Assembly: GCA_964016885.1 (NCBI GenBank)
Contig: OZ024740.1
Span: 360,716,001-360,780,000, forward strand
Direction: 5' to 3'
Source of the DNA: Eledone cirrhosa
Taxonomy: Eukaryota
Length of the DNA stretch: 64,000 nt
The notes beneath the pieces are model-generated. The model was given only the letters and a program-made list of their open reading frames with translations. It was not told the DNA's origin and made no database searches. Positions 1-12,805 of the stretch are shown in pieces. The stretch's first letter is position 1. Every line of letters begins with the position of its first letter. The position numbers and the translations under genes are program-made.

Positions 1-658
1 CTCATGGTAGAAGAAAAAAGCTGTTTGTCAGATTGGACCAAAGAAACAATGGCAGAAGGATCAATGTGAAATAAAGTATTTTGCACAAAAACACAACACA
101 CTGGATAGTTCATAAATTGACCTGATGATTGTGAGTTCAAAACCCTAACCACTAGGCGACATGCCTAGTGGTTAGGATTGTGACATATGAAATTCTTGTA
201 AACATATGATAATTGTTTCTGATTTCAACACAAGGCCAGTAATTTGAGGGGAGAGAAAGCTGATTTTATTTTATCAACCCCAGAATGATAAAAGACAAAG
301 GTCACTTTGGCAAGACTTGATCTCAGAATGTAAAGAGCTGGAACTATTAAGTATTTGTCCTATGCTTTAATGACCTGTTGTAAATATATGATAATTGTTA
401 CTACTTTAGGCACAAGATCAGCAATTTGAAGAGGAGGGGAAAGTCAATTAAATCGACCCCAGTGCATTACTGGTACTTTATTTTATTGACCCCGTAAGGA
501 TGAAAGGCAAAGCTAACCTCAGCAGGATTTGAACTCAGAACATAAGAGCCATAACTCTATGCTGCAAAGCATGGTGTCTGACGCTCTACCGGTAATGTCA
601 ATCTAAATATGGGATAAGGATAACAATAAAATGTCTTTGTTTTAAAGACTCTACAAAC

Positions 659-798
659 CAGTTAAAGAATCTCTGTACCATCTTAGGTCCAAGATCATCA
701 ATCTGTTGTGCTCCAAAGGGTGCTACATTGGCTTTGATGCCTCCAGTACCTATTGCAATCAGCAACAAAGCCATGATGAAGTAGACTCTTCGAGATGT
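659..798 (-). CDS. SLC15 transporter coding exon 4 (gene continues beyond left edge)
   Basis: Not in the ORF track. Acceptor ttcattccag|, then TSRRVYFIMALLLIAIGTGGIKANVAPFGAQQIDDLGPKMVQRFFN(W), containing the GTGGIK/FGAxQ/FFNW POT motifs. Donor tg|gtttgt. Confidence 0.9.
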
Positions 799-1199
799 CT
801 GGAATGAAAAAGCACTTGTTATGTGGACTCAATAGTTAGAAGTACATTATTATACTCAGAGCCAGAATCTGGGTATTTACTGCCCTAGGCTAACTCTACT
901 ATGCCCAGTTTTGCATCCCATTCTCCCAAATAAAATAATTTCAAGTTCCAGTTTGGAAAGCTGATAAATCTATTTTTTGACACTTCTTGTACTGACCAAA
1001 ATAAGAAAAATGACTAAGTCTGCATTTTTCACAAAACAGTCCACACTCACACAATGCAAAACTAATTTCACTGATCATAACATCATACAACCTTCTCCAC
1101 CATTTTGTATATTTTCACAATGCTGCTGCACAGCAAAGATATTTAGTGATTTATATATTAATTGCAGAAAATTATTATAGATAATGTAATTATACAAAT

Positions 1200-1462
1200 T
1201 AGTTGCTGGGTCCATTTTATCATGGTACTAGTTGTCCCATTTTACAGAGTGGACTGGATGCATTTTGTCATGGCACCACCAGCACTACTATTTTTCAGAG
1301 TGTACTGGCTGTATTTTATCATGATATCAGCACTAGCACTTTACAGCATATGCTGGGTGCATTTTATCATAGTACCAGCACTACCATTTTACACAGTGTA
1401 CTGGGTATATTTTATAAGTATTTTACACATTTGACTGGATGCATTTTATCATAACACCAGCA
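1200..1462. repeat. ~48-bp minisatellite
   Basis: About 5 units of GTGTACTGGGTGCATTTTATCATGGCACCAGCACTACCATTTTACA; related units at ~63650-63745. Confidence 0.75.
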
Positions 1463-1630
1463 ATCTGGTTGTAAAAAAACAAATGCTTCAACAAAAAAAT
1501 AATGTCTTCCCTATGTAAACATGGAAAATAAAATAATGTTCTTTGCCAGACTAGTAGTTTAAATAATTTCTCATTGGTACCAAAATATTCATTTTGGAAC
1601 TATTCAATATTTACCTATTTGCCAGTCTCA

Positions 1631-2092
1631 TTAACCCTTTTGTTACCATATTTCCAATGAAATATATTATCTACATGCTTCAAGTAATTTTGAAAATAAT
1701 CAGAAAATTTAGAAGGATTTAGTAAAACAACTAACCTTGTCGTTATTAAGTTGGTATTTGGAGCATTATTTGACAAAATTGCTTGTATAAAATCATATTG
1801 AAAGATTTTATTATAAATATGAATTTGAACTTTTTAAAATCTTTTTGTTGCTATATTTCTAATTGAAGACATTGCATATGGTTTTCAAATCATTTTGAAA
1901 ATAATAAAGAAATTGAAGGAATATAGTAATATTTAGTAAAGTTTCTTATTATTATGTTGGTATATATGGAACATAACTTAATAGAGGCTCTTACATAAAA
2001 TTATGATGCAGATTTTTAGATACATATAAACACTTTAAAATAAACTGTTTTGTATTGTGAAACCAAGATACCAGTTTGGTATCAAAGGTTAA
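1631..2092. mobile_element. AT-rich piggyBac-type MITE family (related copies ~4832-5088, ~23030-23452, ~61200-61676)
   Basis: TTAACCCT...AGGTTAA ends and a shared internal TTTTGAAAATAATCAAGAA...CATTATTAAG...TAGAACCA module. Confidence 0.55.
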
Positions 2093-2855
2093 AACAACCA
2101 GATATTTATAATAGAACCAGAAGTGGGTTCAGGTGGTTTGATACCAAAACGGTTAAGCTTATAGATAAAACAATCCTTTATATTTACTTTATTCTGAAGG
2201 AATTGTTAATTGATGCTCCCATGACTTTCAGAAATATTTTTTCACACTCTGAAGCAGGGACAAACTACCTGCATCAGTTGTTAGCTGCTGAGACATTGCA
2301 TCCTTTAAAACCTTCATGCTTCCTGAAATTTGCCAACATTACACCTGATATCCCCCCCTCCATACACACGCACACATGTTCATTTTCCTGACATTTGTAA
2401 AGTAGAAAAAAAAAAGTAGAAACAATTATTATTATTATTATATTTAATTTGTAGCCCTTTCCATTCTGAGTTCAAATCCCGCCGAGGTCAACTTTACCTT
2501 TCATCCTTACGGGGTTGATAAAATAAAGTACCAGTAATGTACTGGGTAATTGCTGGCTTTGTGCCAAAGGTAGAAACAATTATATTTTTTAATTTGTACC
2601 AAAATATTTAGTCTAGATAATCAGGAGTCTTTATCAAGTTGATAATCTCAATATTCTCCAATCCTTATAAAGTGTTAGTGAACTAAACTAAACTATTCTG
2701 AGACCAAGCCACTTGAAACCAGTCATAGTTTTCAATAGCTTGTTTTAAAGTATTTATATTTATCAACATGCAAAAATCTTTGTTAAGTTGTGTTCCAAAC
2801 GCCAGCTTAATAAGGAGAAAATTACTTATACATATAATATATATATATATATATA

Positions 2856-3703
2856 CAGGGTGTGGAAGATATTTGTTCGCAATTTTCAACTGCTAATTTT
2901 ATGCAAAGTTTTTTTACTTCCGTTGTCATTCTTGTCTTCATAAAAACAGTGACCATTATTTATTTTCAGAATAATTGATTATAAATAATTTTGAAGCTCC
3001 AAATTTGTGGAAGAGACACGGAGTTCTTCTTGGAATCCATGCCAGGAGGACAAATAAGGAAATTTCAGAAACTCCCAGAACAACAGGTGGCTCGCTGTCT
3101 CATCCAAAGACGTGCCCAGAGTCATGCAGACAAAGTTTCCAGTGACAACATTTGTCTTATGTGTCGTCAGCAGTCAAGGTGACGTCATGCCACCTCACTT
3201 CTTTCCTGAGGGCCCCAAGCTGAACACTGATGGCTACATCCGTGTTCTGAGCGAGGTAGTAAAGCCCTGGATCAACCAGGTAGCTGCAGGTCGGCCGTAC
3301 ATGTGGCAGCAAGACTCAGCGCCCTGCCATACCAGCCGAAAGATGCAAGCCTGGCTGTCAGAGAACTTCGTTGACCACACTTCACCTGACATCTGGCCTC
3401 CCAGCTCGCCTGACTGCAAGCCCCTCGACTTCTTTGTGTGGGGTGCAGTGGAACGAGACACCAACAGATCTAGCTGCAATACGAAAGACAATCTGAAGTC
3501 CAGGATCACAAGTGCCTTTAGAGGCCTAAGTCGGGGGACAGTGACGAAGGCCTGTAGCCGGTTCCGAGGCCGCCTTAAGACCGTCATCAAAGCCAATGGC
3601 GGGTTTATCGAGTGAGATCGAAAGAACAAGTCATGAAGACAAACTGACCCACTGTTTTATTTTTTCCAAGACAGTAATCTTGCAAACAAATATCGTCCGA
3701 ACC

Positions 3704-3706
<3 letters not shown>
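2856..3706 (+). mobile_element. Tc1/mariner DD37D (maT) element, internally deleted
   Basis: ~27-bp imperfect TIRs (CAGGGTGTGGAAGATATTTGTTCGCAA) in TA context. QQD(37 aa)D catalytic spacing with WPPSSPD motif in ORF 3112-3615. Confidence 0.9.
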
Positions 3707-3765
<59 letters not shown>

Positions 3766-3810
3766 CAAAATAACAGGAGGCATGTACTGGTGTAAATCCT
3801 TGAAAGGTTT

Positions 3811-3873
3811 ATTATACTATGATCATTTCAATGACCAGGTTCAGTATGAATCCAGTGACATCATCAGGTAATT
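3811..3873 (-). ncRNA. Minimal type I hammerhead ribozyme (partly decayed stems)
   Basis: Minus strand reads ATTAC-CTGATGA-TGTCACTGGATTCATACTGAACCTGGTCATT-GAAA-TGATCA-TA-GTATAAT. Intact core and palindromic TGATCA; stems I and II are imperfect. Confidence 0.6.
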
Positions 3874-4186
3874 CAAAATCTAACGAAGGAATATATAAAT
3901 ATATCTTAAAATATAAATATATCTTAAAAAATAAAACTACTGTTATTTTTTCCTAGACAGTAATCTTGCGAATAAATATCGTCCGCACCCTGTATATATA
4001 CATACAAACATACATATATATATATACATACAAATATATATACATATATATATATACATACATATATATATACATACATATATATTTGCCAAGGTACCAA
4101 GCAGTGGGATGGAACCCCAAACCATGTGGTTAATTACACAGTCATGCCTGCATAACAATGACAGTGTGATAATGTTTAATTCTTAC

Positions 4187-4272
4187 CAAGTCAAGATCCA
4201 ATATAAGACCATCTGATGTATGACCAAACCATTTCTCATAATTGACTGCTGAAGCCGGCAATAAAAATGTAC
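4187..4272 (-). CDS. SLC15 transporter coding exon 3
   Basis: Acceptor cattccag| and donor |gtaaga. Encodes (G)TFLLPASAVNYEKWFGHTSDGLILDLDL. Phase 1 in and phase 0 out match both neighbours. Confidence 0.8.
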
Positions 4273-5606
4273 CTGGAATGTATGAAATATATAATGCAGT
4301 CACATGACAGACATAAACCATTTTGCCTACCACCCCATTCATGATCACCACTGCAAGAAGAAATTTTTCATAGGATACACTAAATTTGAAACAAACCCAC
4401 CCATTTTAAAGGGTTCTTATTTAAATGTAAATCTTCTAATATAATTTTATATAAGAACCATGTGTTAAGTTAATATTTTAATATGAAATATTTGATAGTT
4501 TTATTAAATCCGTGAAAATTATGATGAAATGTTTTAATATATCTATGAGCACTTTAAAACAAACAGTTTTGTATCATAAAACCTGGGGCAGTTTCAGGAT
4601 GTGAGGTGAACTAGTATCAAAAGGGTTTAAGGGAAGGAATTAAAGGAATTTATTAAGGGATGATATTCTACTTCTACAATGGAAAGAATGTAGCACATTA
4701 CTGCACTGCCCAAGAAAAAAGTAAAAAAAACTTTAGATTTTGTTGGGTGGTGGGAAAGTGGGCATGATGAAATAACTGCTGTGGATTTGGTGCTTTTCAC
4801 ATTGAACTAGTTAAAATCAGAATTTTTTCATTTAACCCTCTCGTTACTATTTTTCTAATAAAGACACTGCCTGTGATTTTTAGATAATTTTGAAAATAAT
4901 CAAGAATCTGGAGAGATTAAGTAAAATAACTATTTTTTTCATTATTAAGTTCTTTTAAAACATAACTTAAAGGTTCTTAAAAACAATTATGATGCAATTT
5001 TTTTGAAAAATAAATACACCTTGAATTAAACAATTCTGTATTATAGAACCAGAGAAGGTTTTAGGCAGTCTGATATTAAAAGGATTAAAATATTTCTAAA
5101 CGGGACATATAAATAGTAATGGTTTCTAATTTAGGCACAAGGGTATCAATTTTTTTCTTTGGGTTGGGGTGGGGAGGGTTGATTATATCGACCCCTGTTA
5201 CTTTATTCTTTTGAGCTTGAAAAGTTAAAATGCAAAGTTGACCTCAGAAAGGCATCCAGCCATAGAAACCATGCTGAAAATGGAATGGTTCTCTGACCTG
5301 CCTTGTCTCAGACTGTAACAACCTGTTTAAGCCATGCCAGCATGAAAAACGGACATAAAACGATGATGAGAGTGATGGTGGTGGTGATGATGATGATGAT
5401 ATGATGATGATAACAATAATTGTTTCTACTTTTAGGCACAAGGCCAGCAATTACCCAGTGCATTACTGGTACTTTATTTTATCGACCTTGTAAGGATGAA
5501 AGGCAAAGTCAACCTCGGCGGGATTTGAACTCAGATTGTAAAGGACGTAACTATGCTGGAAAGCATGACGTCCGACCCTCTACCAATACTGCCAATCCAA
5601 TAATAA

Positions 5607-6468
5607 CTCTCACCCATCAGTGGCTGCAGAATTCTTGGCTAATGGCAGAGACTGAGGGCTTCATTTTGGCTGCACAAGACCATTCTGTCAATGTGATCAG
5701 AAATGGATTTGACATAAAATGTTGATTTTGTGATGAGCATGTTGAAACCATTAACCACCTGGTTTCAGGTTGCAAAGTATTAGTTCACCAGGAATATGAA
5801 ACGAGGCATGATAGAGTAGGGCAATACTTACACTGGGTAATATGCAGGTTTAATGGTCTGAAATTGGAGGAAAAATGGTACAACCATCACCCAGATGCAG
5901 TAACAGGAGATGAGAATATTACAATCCTATGGGATTTCCCTGTGAATACTGACAGACAATCAAGGCCAACAGACCTGATATAATTGTGAAGGACCATAAG
6001 AGAAAACATGTTTCTTAATTGACATGAGTATTCCATCAGATCGAAAGAGTTCAGCAAGCTCGGTAAGTATAAAGATCTATCAATTGGAATTGAGAAAATG
6101 TGGCATATTAAGGCCTGTATAATACCAGTTATAGGCGGTGAATTGGCAGAGTCGTTAAGATGTCGGATAGAATGCTCTACAGTATTCATCCCACCTCTTT
6201 GCGCGTTCAGAGTTCAAATCCCGCCGGGGTCAACATTGCCTTTCATCATTTTGAGGTTGATAAAAAAAGTACCAGTCCAGTACTGGGGTTGATTCTTTAT
6301 CTATAGAAAAAAAATCAGCTTTGTTCAAAACTGGAGAGGGATGGACTCCGCCAGGTTTAAAAGTGCCCTAGACACGCCGTTTGACGGTGCCTCTATGACT
6401 CCACAAAGAGTTATGAGATCTTTATCCTTTATCCTATAATACCAGTGATAGTTGGTGCATTTGGGATA
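5607..6468 (+). mobile_element. R4/Dong-type non-LTR fragment (CCHC finger + restriction-like endonuclease), split by a SINE at 6135-6434
   Basis: AETEGFILAAQD, C*FC..ETINHLVSGC, YETRHDRVG, ILWDF, PDI.., KYKDL..IEKMW..IIPV; resumes at 6435 as IIPVIVGAFG. Confidence 0.8.
6135..6434 (+). mobile_element. Full-length tRNA-derived SINE with 17-bp TSD
   Basis: Starts GGCGGTGAATTGGCAGAG (A-box), contains GAGTTCAAATCC (B-box), and ends in (CTTTATC)2. TSD TATAATACCAGT(T/G)ATAG at 6118-6134 and 6435-6451. Confidence 0.85.
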
Positions 6469-6659
6469 CCCCCCCCCCCCCCCCTCGTTATTATTAGACT
6501 ATTTTCTGTAGTCAAAACACATGGCGAAGAAGGAGTAAAGAAAGGAAAGAAGGAAAAAAATAAAGAAAGAGAGGAAGAAATAAAATAATAAAGAAAACAT
6601 AAGAGTGGAAGAATGGTGGGTGATAAAGAAAGGTAGACGTATGTTTGGTTTGTTCTTAC

Positions 6660-6758
6660 CACACAAGTAGATGAGGCCAGATCCGTAAATAGCATTGAAT
6701 TTTCCAGAAATGCTATCAGAAATAAATCCTCCAATGATTGGCATCACATAACTCATCC
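6660..6758 (-). CDS. SLC15 transporter coding exon 2 (99 nt, phase 1-1)
   Basis: Acceptor tatttcag| and donor |gtaaga. Encodes (G)MSYVMPIIGGFISDSISGKFNAIYGSGLIYLC, the PTR2 GxxxADxxxG[KR] signature, in frame with exon 1. Confidence 0.9.
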
Positions 6759-6791
6759 CTGAAATATAAATGTTAATTGAATTGAATGAGT

Positions 6792-6959
6792 AACTTCGCC
6801 ATATTTTTTGATGGCAGAAAATAGTCTAATAATGACAGAGTGTATAAGTCTCTGGAATAGGAAAAAATAGGCATTGGCATGCGTGGGAATGCATGCTAAT
6901 GCTCGTTTCCCCTTGTTATCATTAGACTATTTTCTGTAGTAAAAAAACATGGCAAAGTT
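6792..6959. mobile_element. Small TIR element; orphan TIR copy at 6486-6529
   Basis: ~44-bp inverted repeats at 6794-6837 and 6914-6957 around an internal hairpin GCATTGGCATGC/GCATGCTAATGC. Confidence 0.6.
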
Positions 6960-7159
6960 CAATTTAATTTTCAAATTCCATTGCCAGCTTCTAATCACAT
7001 ATTTATATAAAAGTTAATAACATATCAATGAATTAATATATGTATATATATGTATATATAGGCATACATACACTCACACACATATACATACATGCACACT
7101 CACATGCGCACACACACCTACGCATAGCAGGAAAAACAAATTTTAAATGATATATATAT

Positions 7160-9060
7160 TTATATAGATTAAACGGCATATATGCAACTTCTCATGGAAG
7201 CAGAGTTGACATTTGCAGCCTCTGGGAAGTATGGCAGTGCTTTATCCAGAATGTTCCATTTAATATTAGGCATGTTGTGCCGTTTGTCACAGGGAAGTGG
7301 AGTTTTCTCTGTTCTAGTACCTAAAGAAACATATGAGGTGGGTATATCTACCCTTGAACTGATTGGCTGTGAGGCCTGTATAGTTCCTCTGTAAGCCATC
7401 TGGTGGTGTGAAGGTAGCTCTGTAGACCATAGCCTTTGAGAAGCAGGATTCACCAAGAGGACAGTTGATAAGGTTTGGGCAATTGCAAGTTTGTATATGT
7501 GTTGGGATTTGTGTGTGTGTGCAGGCTTTTTCCTGCTAAAATGTGCAATATGTGAAGTAATAGTAAGTAGGTATAGCTAACCTTAGAATTGTGTAATTTG
7601 AAGATCCTGGGTACTTATGGCTATGTGGGAAGTATTTCCTAATTATGGACAGGAAGTTCTTAGTTATATTTGTTGATATTTTCTCCTAATTCTCTAGGTG
7701 TGGGTGGGATATCCTCTATGTATTCTGTTTTTTATGTGAAGCCACTTCTTTCTAATGCTTCATTGTAATGAGGTTCAGCCCTGTCAAATATCTGTTTGTC
7801 AGATAATAGGCTAGAAATTCTTCTGGTAATTTTGTTTACAAGGCTATTAACTATAGCTGGGAGATGGGGGTTGTGTGTGTGAAGTTCCAATGTGTATATG
7901 CCATTTCCTCATTAGGCTTCCTATAGAGGTAGTATTTACTAGTTTTGTAATCCAGAGTGATGTCCAGAAAGTTTAACTTTGGACAAGTTGTGGTGACTGA
8001 TGTTTAGGTGGAAAACTTTGAAGATCCTTATAAGATCTTTTTTAAACTTATCCATGATATGACTTGAGATTGTAAGGCCATCACCTCTGTACAAGGAGGA
8101 GCTATTATGGACGTCAAAAATGAATAAACTAAAAAGGACAGCAACCTCATCCCCATTATAGGACTCCATGGATATGTCAAACAGCAAATTCCCTTCCTTT
8201 TTTGCCTAGTATGGATTGTCATGGAAAATAGTGACAGAATTATTCTGATGTTGAGATTGTTGATCCGAGTGAATTGTTTCCTAAAATCTAAGGTTTTCAG
8301 TAAGAGAGATTTCGATATAGAAGGATAAAGGTCTACACCGTCAAACTTTGCAGTCCCCTTCATACACTCATTGTTGTGCAAGCAGCTGATGATGGCATTG
8401 CTGGAATCCCATTGCACTAAGTTAGCTGTCCCTCTGATTTCAGAGTTGATGCTGTCAAGGATATGCTTACTAATTTTGTCTATTTCACTACTATTAGAGA
8501 GATTAATCAGCCTGCACTTAGAGTTGAAAAGTTTGGTTTGTGATCCTTAAATGTGATGAGGCAATCCACACAGTCTTCTATCTTAAGGAAAGTGGCTAAC
8601 TCCTTCACTTCAGTGTTTATGTCGTCATATGTTTTGACATTGTTTTTTGTTAGACAGGAGCTGGTTGTATGTAATGGTATTTGTTTCATAGATGTTCTTT
8701 TTTGGTGAGGATGTATAAATTTCTGGATTGTTTGAAGCATGTAGTGAAATTGTTTAAGGAATTTAAGAAATGATTAGAATTTTGCCAAAACCTTATCTTT
8801 TTATTGAGGATTTCAAGGTCCTAAATCTAAGGTGAATATTTTCATGATTTGTACTCATTCAGGGATATGTTGGTGGTTGTGTTAGCAAAATGTAGGCCTT
8901 CCAGTACATATGCCTAATCAGACTTTCTGCTTTATCAATTGGACATGTGAGATTGATTTTCTTCGATGGTATGAGCATGTTCTTTAGTAAGTAGTGAAGA
9001 TGTTGTTTTTCTACCACAGACTATTAGATTTTAATCTATAGGTAGTACTTGACAATGGCT
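7160..9060 (-). mobile_element. Degenerate Penelope-like retroelement (RT + GIY-YIG remnants)
   Basis: Frameshifted fragments LLKNMLIPSKK..KAESLIRHMYWKA, ITFKDHKPNF, FDGVDLYPSIS, FDISMESYNGDEV..LYRGDGL, and endonuclease-end IKWNILDKALPY. Confidence 0.8.
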
Positions 9061-9290
9061 GGAGCAGTTGTACAGTTTTGTGGGTACAAATAAAAGAAAA
9101 GAGCAATCAACACATAATGTGGTAGTTGAAAGTATTTATATTAACAGTTAGACTTAACTCAGTACTCTATGTGTTGCATGCTCTTTTCTTTCCTTTATAC
9201 TTACTGCATGTATATAATTTTATATATATACATACATACATACACATATATATATATATATGTATATACATACATACATACACACACATA

Positions 9291-9321
<31 letters not shown>

Positions 9322-9330
<9 letters not shown>

Positions 9331-9799
9331 TAAAAGGAAAAGAAAATGCTGACAAATTGTTCCCAGTGAAAAATAGTTTAATTAGGAATAAGTAAAAATT
9401 AGTAATAAGTATTGGTTAGTATTCAGTTTTAGTTTTAAGTTTTTACCGGTTGCGCATTTCTAATGCTTTTCAAAAATAATTTTGAGATAGAGCGCCCGTG
9501 ATGTTTGCTCTAATCTGAGATTAGAGCAAACATCACGGGCGCTCTATCTCAAAATTATTTTTGAAAAGCATTAGAAATTAGAGCAAACATCACGGGCGCT
9601 CTATCTCAAAATTATTTTTGAAAAGCATTAGAAATGCGCAACCGGTAAAAACTTAAAACTAAAACTGAATACTAACCAATACTTATTACTAATTTTTACT
9701 TATTCCTAATTAAACTATTTTTCACTGGGAACAATTTGTCAGCATTTTCTTTTCCTTTTACCAATATATCACAACTCGTGTGTTACACCTCTATTCTTT

Positions 9800-9800
<1 letters not shown>
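9322..9800. repeat. Near-perfect ~195-bp-arm palindrome with 57-bp tandem duplication, in (TA)n
   Basis: Left arm 9322-9516, 1-nt centre (AATCT-G-AGATT), right arm 9518-9769 with 9520-9576 duplicated at 9577-9633. Contains GAAATGCGCA (hammerhead 3' half). Confidence 0.9.
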
Positions 9801-9872
<72 letters not shown>

Positions 9873-11107
9873 TGAGAGAGAGAGAGAGTGATAAATAGAT
9901 AGATAGACAGATAGGTAGATATTATAGATCAATCGATTGATAGATATCATTGTTTTTATTGTGTGTCTGTATGAATATATATCATTATCATTAGCATCAT
10001 CATCGGTGAATTGGCAGTATCGGTAGAGGGTTGGACGCCATGCTTTGACGCATAGAGTTACGGCCCTTGCCATTCTGAGTTCAAATCCTGCCGAGGTTAA
10101 CTTTGCCTTTCATCCTTATGGGGTCGATAAAATAAAGTACCAGTAATGTACTGAGTAATTGCTGGCCTTGTGCCAAAAGTAGAAACAATTATCATTAGCA
10201 TCATCATCATTGATTTACATGCATTTTTCCATGCTTGCATGGGTTGGATGGGTCTTTTCTAGCATAGCACCTTCCACTTGTTGCAGTCCTTCGTCATCTC
10301 CTCTTTGAGCTCCAGTGATTTAGGATCAGCTCTCACTATCTCTACCCAGGTTTTTCCTGGTCACCCTCTACAGCAGCTTCCTTCCACTAGGAGTTCTTAA
10401 TATTTCTTCACTCAAAAATCATTATCTATATATACCACATGTCCATACCAGTGCAGTCTTCTTTCATTCACACTATATCTGATTCCTTTTATATCCAGCT
10501 TTTCTCCTGGTTCATCCATACTTTGTTGTTCCCACACATTAACATTGCACATTCATCAGAGTATGCTTCAATTCTCTCTAGCCTTTGCTTATCCTTTGCA
10601 TTCATTGTTCGTGTCTAGAAAGAAATTAAGCGAATATACTCAAATGGATGTACAATGTTAGTGAGCATGAATGGCATAGGTTAATCCATTAGCATTTACA
10701 TTTCTCTATATTTATTATTGTATTTTCATGGTAAAGGTTTTATCTTACACAATTATCTCATATAATATTGAATCTATGAGATTTTGATATTATTTATTTT
10801 GAGAACAATACATTAACAGCAGTATGAATAGCTGGTTACAGCCGGTTTGAACAGAAAGAGGTGAGAGAATTCTGGCCGGATATAGCCGGTTTATATGCTA
10901 AAGGATTAAGTGAACTGAGAACCAAAATTGCCATAAGGGGAATCAAATGTAGTGTACGAGAGAGAAGACTGCAATGCATGAACATGTGATGCATATGGAT
11001 GCTGTATAAAGAAATGCAGAGAAATCTCTGTGGAGGGAACTCATTGATGAGGCAGAACTAGGAAGACACAAGATAAGATAGTAAGGGCTGTGAGGAATAC
11101 TTTAGAT

Positions 11108-11427
11108 CAGTGATTCCTAATGTGGGGCAAATGTCCCACAGGTGAGCAATTTGAATATTCAAGGGGGTAATTTGAAAATGATGTTAATGAGAGCAAACTT
11201 CAGGTTTTATCTTATTACTTTTACACCAAGGCAACTTTGGAACAAATTACTGTCGGAAACTCCTGTCTCCCCTCCTCCACACATGTTATTGTGCATCTGA
11301 CATCCCCCATACGCCAATTTGTTTACACTTTGTAGTTGATCATCACTGTTTTTATATCAAAGTGGGGCATAAAAATATTTAAGATGTTGAGGTGGGGGCA
11401 TGTGGCACAAAAGTTTGGGAACCACTG
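11108..11427. mobile_element. hAT (Charlie-like) MITE
   Basis: CAGTGATTCC...GGAACCACTG termini; perfect 8-bp TSD CTTTAGAT. Confidence 0.85.
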
Positions 11428-11997
11428 CTTTAGATAATGTAATTCCAGATGGTAGTGTGTGATCCAAGAGAGATTTTGGCTCTATTTCTAGTAGGCCTGG
11501 TCACCACTTATTGTCCCATACTTGTACTTTGTGATGTAATAAGTGGGATTGTTATCGACTCTGTAATTGTTGTTGTTTCTGTAGTCATTGCTTTTCATCA
11601 TCATCATCATCATCATTTAACGTCTATCTTCCACGCTAGCATGGGTTTAGACGGGAATTGTCCCACATGAGGCAAGATTGGTTGTCTTGTTCGTATAGGA
11701 CTGTCTGGTGGGATGCCCTTCCCAACACCAACCACGTTTACAGTGTGGATTGGGATGTTTTTACCGTGTTACCTACACGGCCACATTACAGCGTGGACTG
11801 TGTGTTTTTTTTTTGTCGTGACACCTACACGACCTCATTTATTTAGGACTGGATGTTGTGACACCAACATAACTTTAGGTGTAGATGGGGGTGGGTGTAA
11901 GGATAGTGGAATGGTGGTGTATTTTTGGTTAGGTGGTGTCTACTGACTGTAGGTTTCACTTTGTACTTAGGCAAGGCGGGTCTTCTGTATTACTGCG

Positions 11998-12605
11998 TAG
12001 TAGTTGTTTATTGTTGTTGCTTCTGCAGCTGGAGTTGTTATAGTTTTTGCTGTTGTAGTTGTAGCTGTCATTATAGTTACTGTTGTTGTAGTTGTTGTTT
12101 CTGCTGTTGTTGCTGCTGTTGTTATAGCTATTGCTGTAGTTGTTGCAGTTTTTGTTGTTGTAGTTATAGCTGTCAATATAGTTGTTACTGCTGCTTTTGT
12201 TGCTGTTGTTGTAGTTGTTACTGTTGATATAATTGTTGGTGTTGTTGTTTCTGCTGTTGTTGCTGCTGTTATAGTAGCTGTTGTAGTTGTTGTAGTAGTA
12301 GCTGTTGTTGTAGCTGTTGTTGTAGTAATAGCTGTTGTAGTTGTTGTTGTTGTAATTCTAATTTTAGTGGTAGCTGTTGCTGCAAGTGTGGTTGTAGTAA
12401 CTGTTGTTGTAGTTATGGTTGTTGTTGTAGTTGTGGTTGTAGTAGTAGCTGTCAAAGCAACTGAGGTCACTGATGTTTTGTTTAGAATTCAGTAGAACCT
12501 TTATTTGTCTAAGGTGGAATGCAACATATAACTGGGAATTCCTGTTTTCAGGGTAGTAGTAGTAGTAGTAGTGGTGGTGGTGGTGGTGGTGGCAGCGGCA
12601 GCGGC

Positions 12606-12646
<41 letters not shown>

Positions 12647-12692
12647 TAGTAGTAGTAGTGGTGGTGGTGGTGGTGGTGGTGGTGGCAGCGGC

Positions 12693-12779
<87 letters not shown>

Positions 12780-12805
12780 GGTGGTGGTGGTGGTGGTGGT
12801 GGTTG
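11998..12805. repeat. Compound trinucleotide low-complexity tract (GTT/GTA/GCT; AGT/GGT/GCA)
   Basis: Direct inspection. Explains the poly-T/V/S/A pseudo-ORFs in all frames. Confidence 0.95.
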
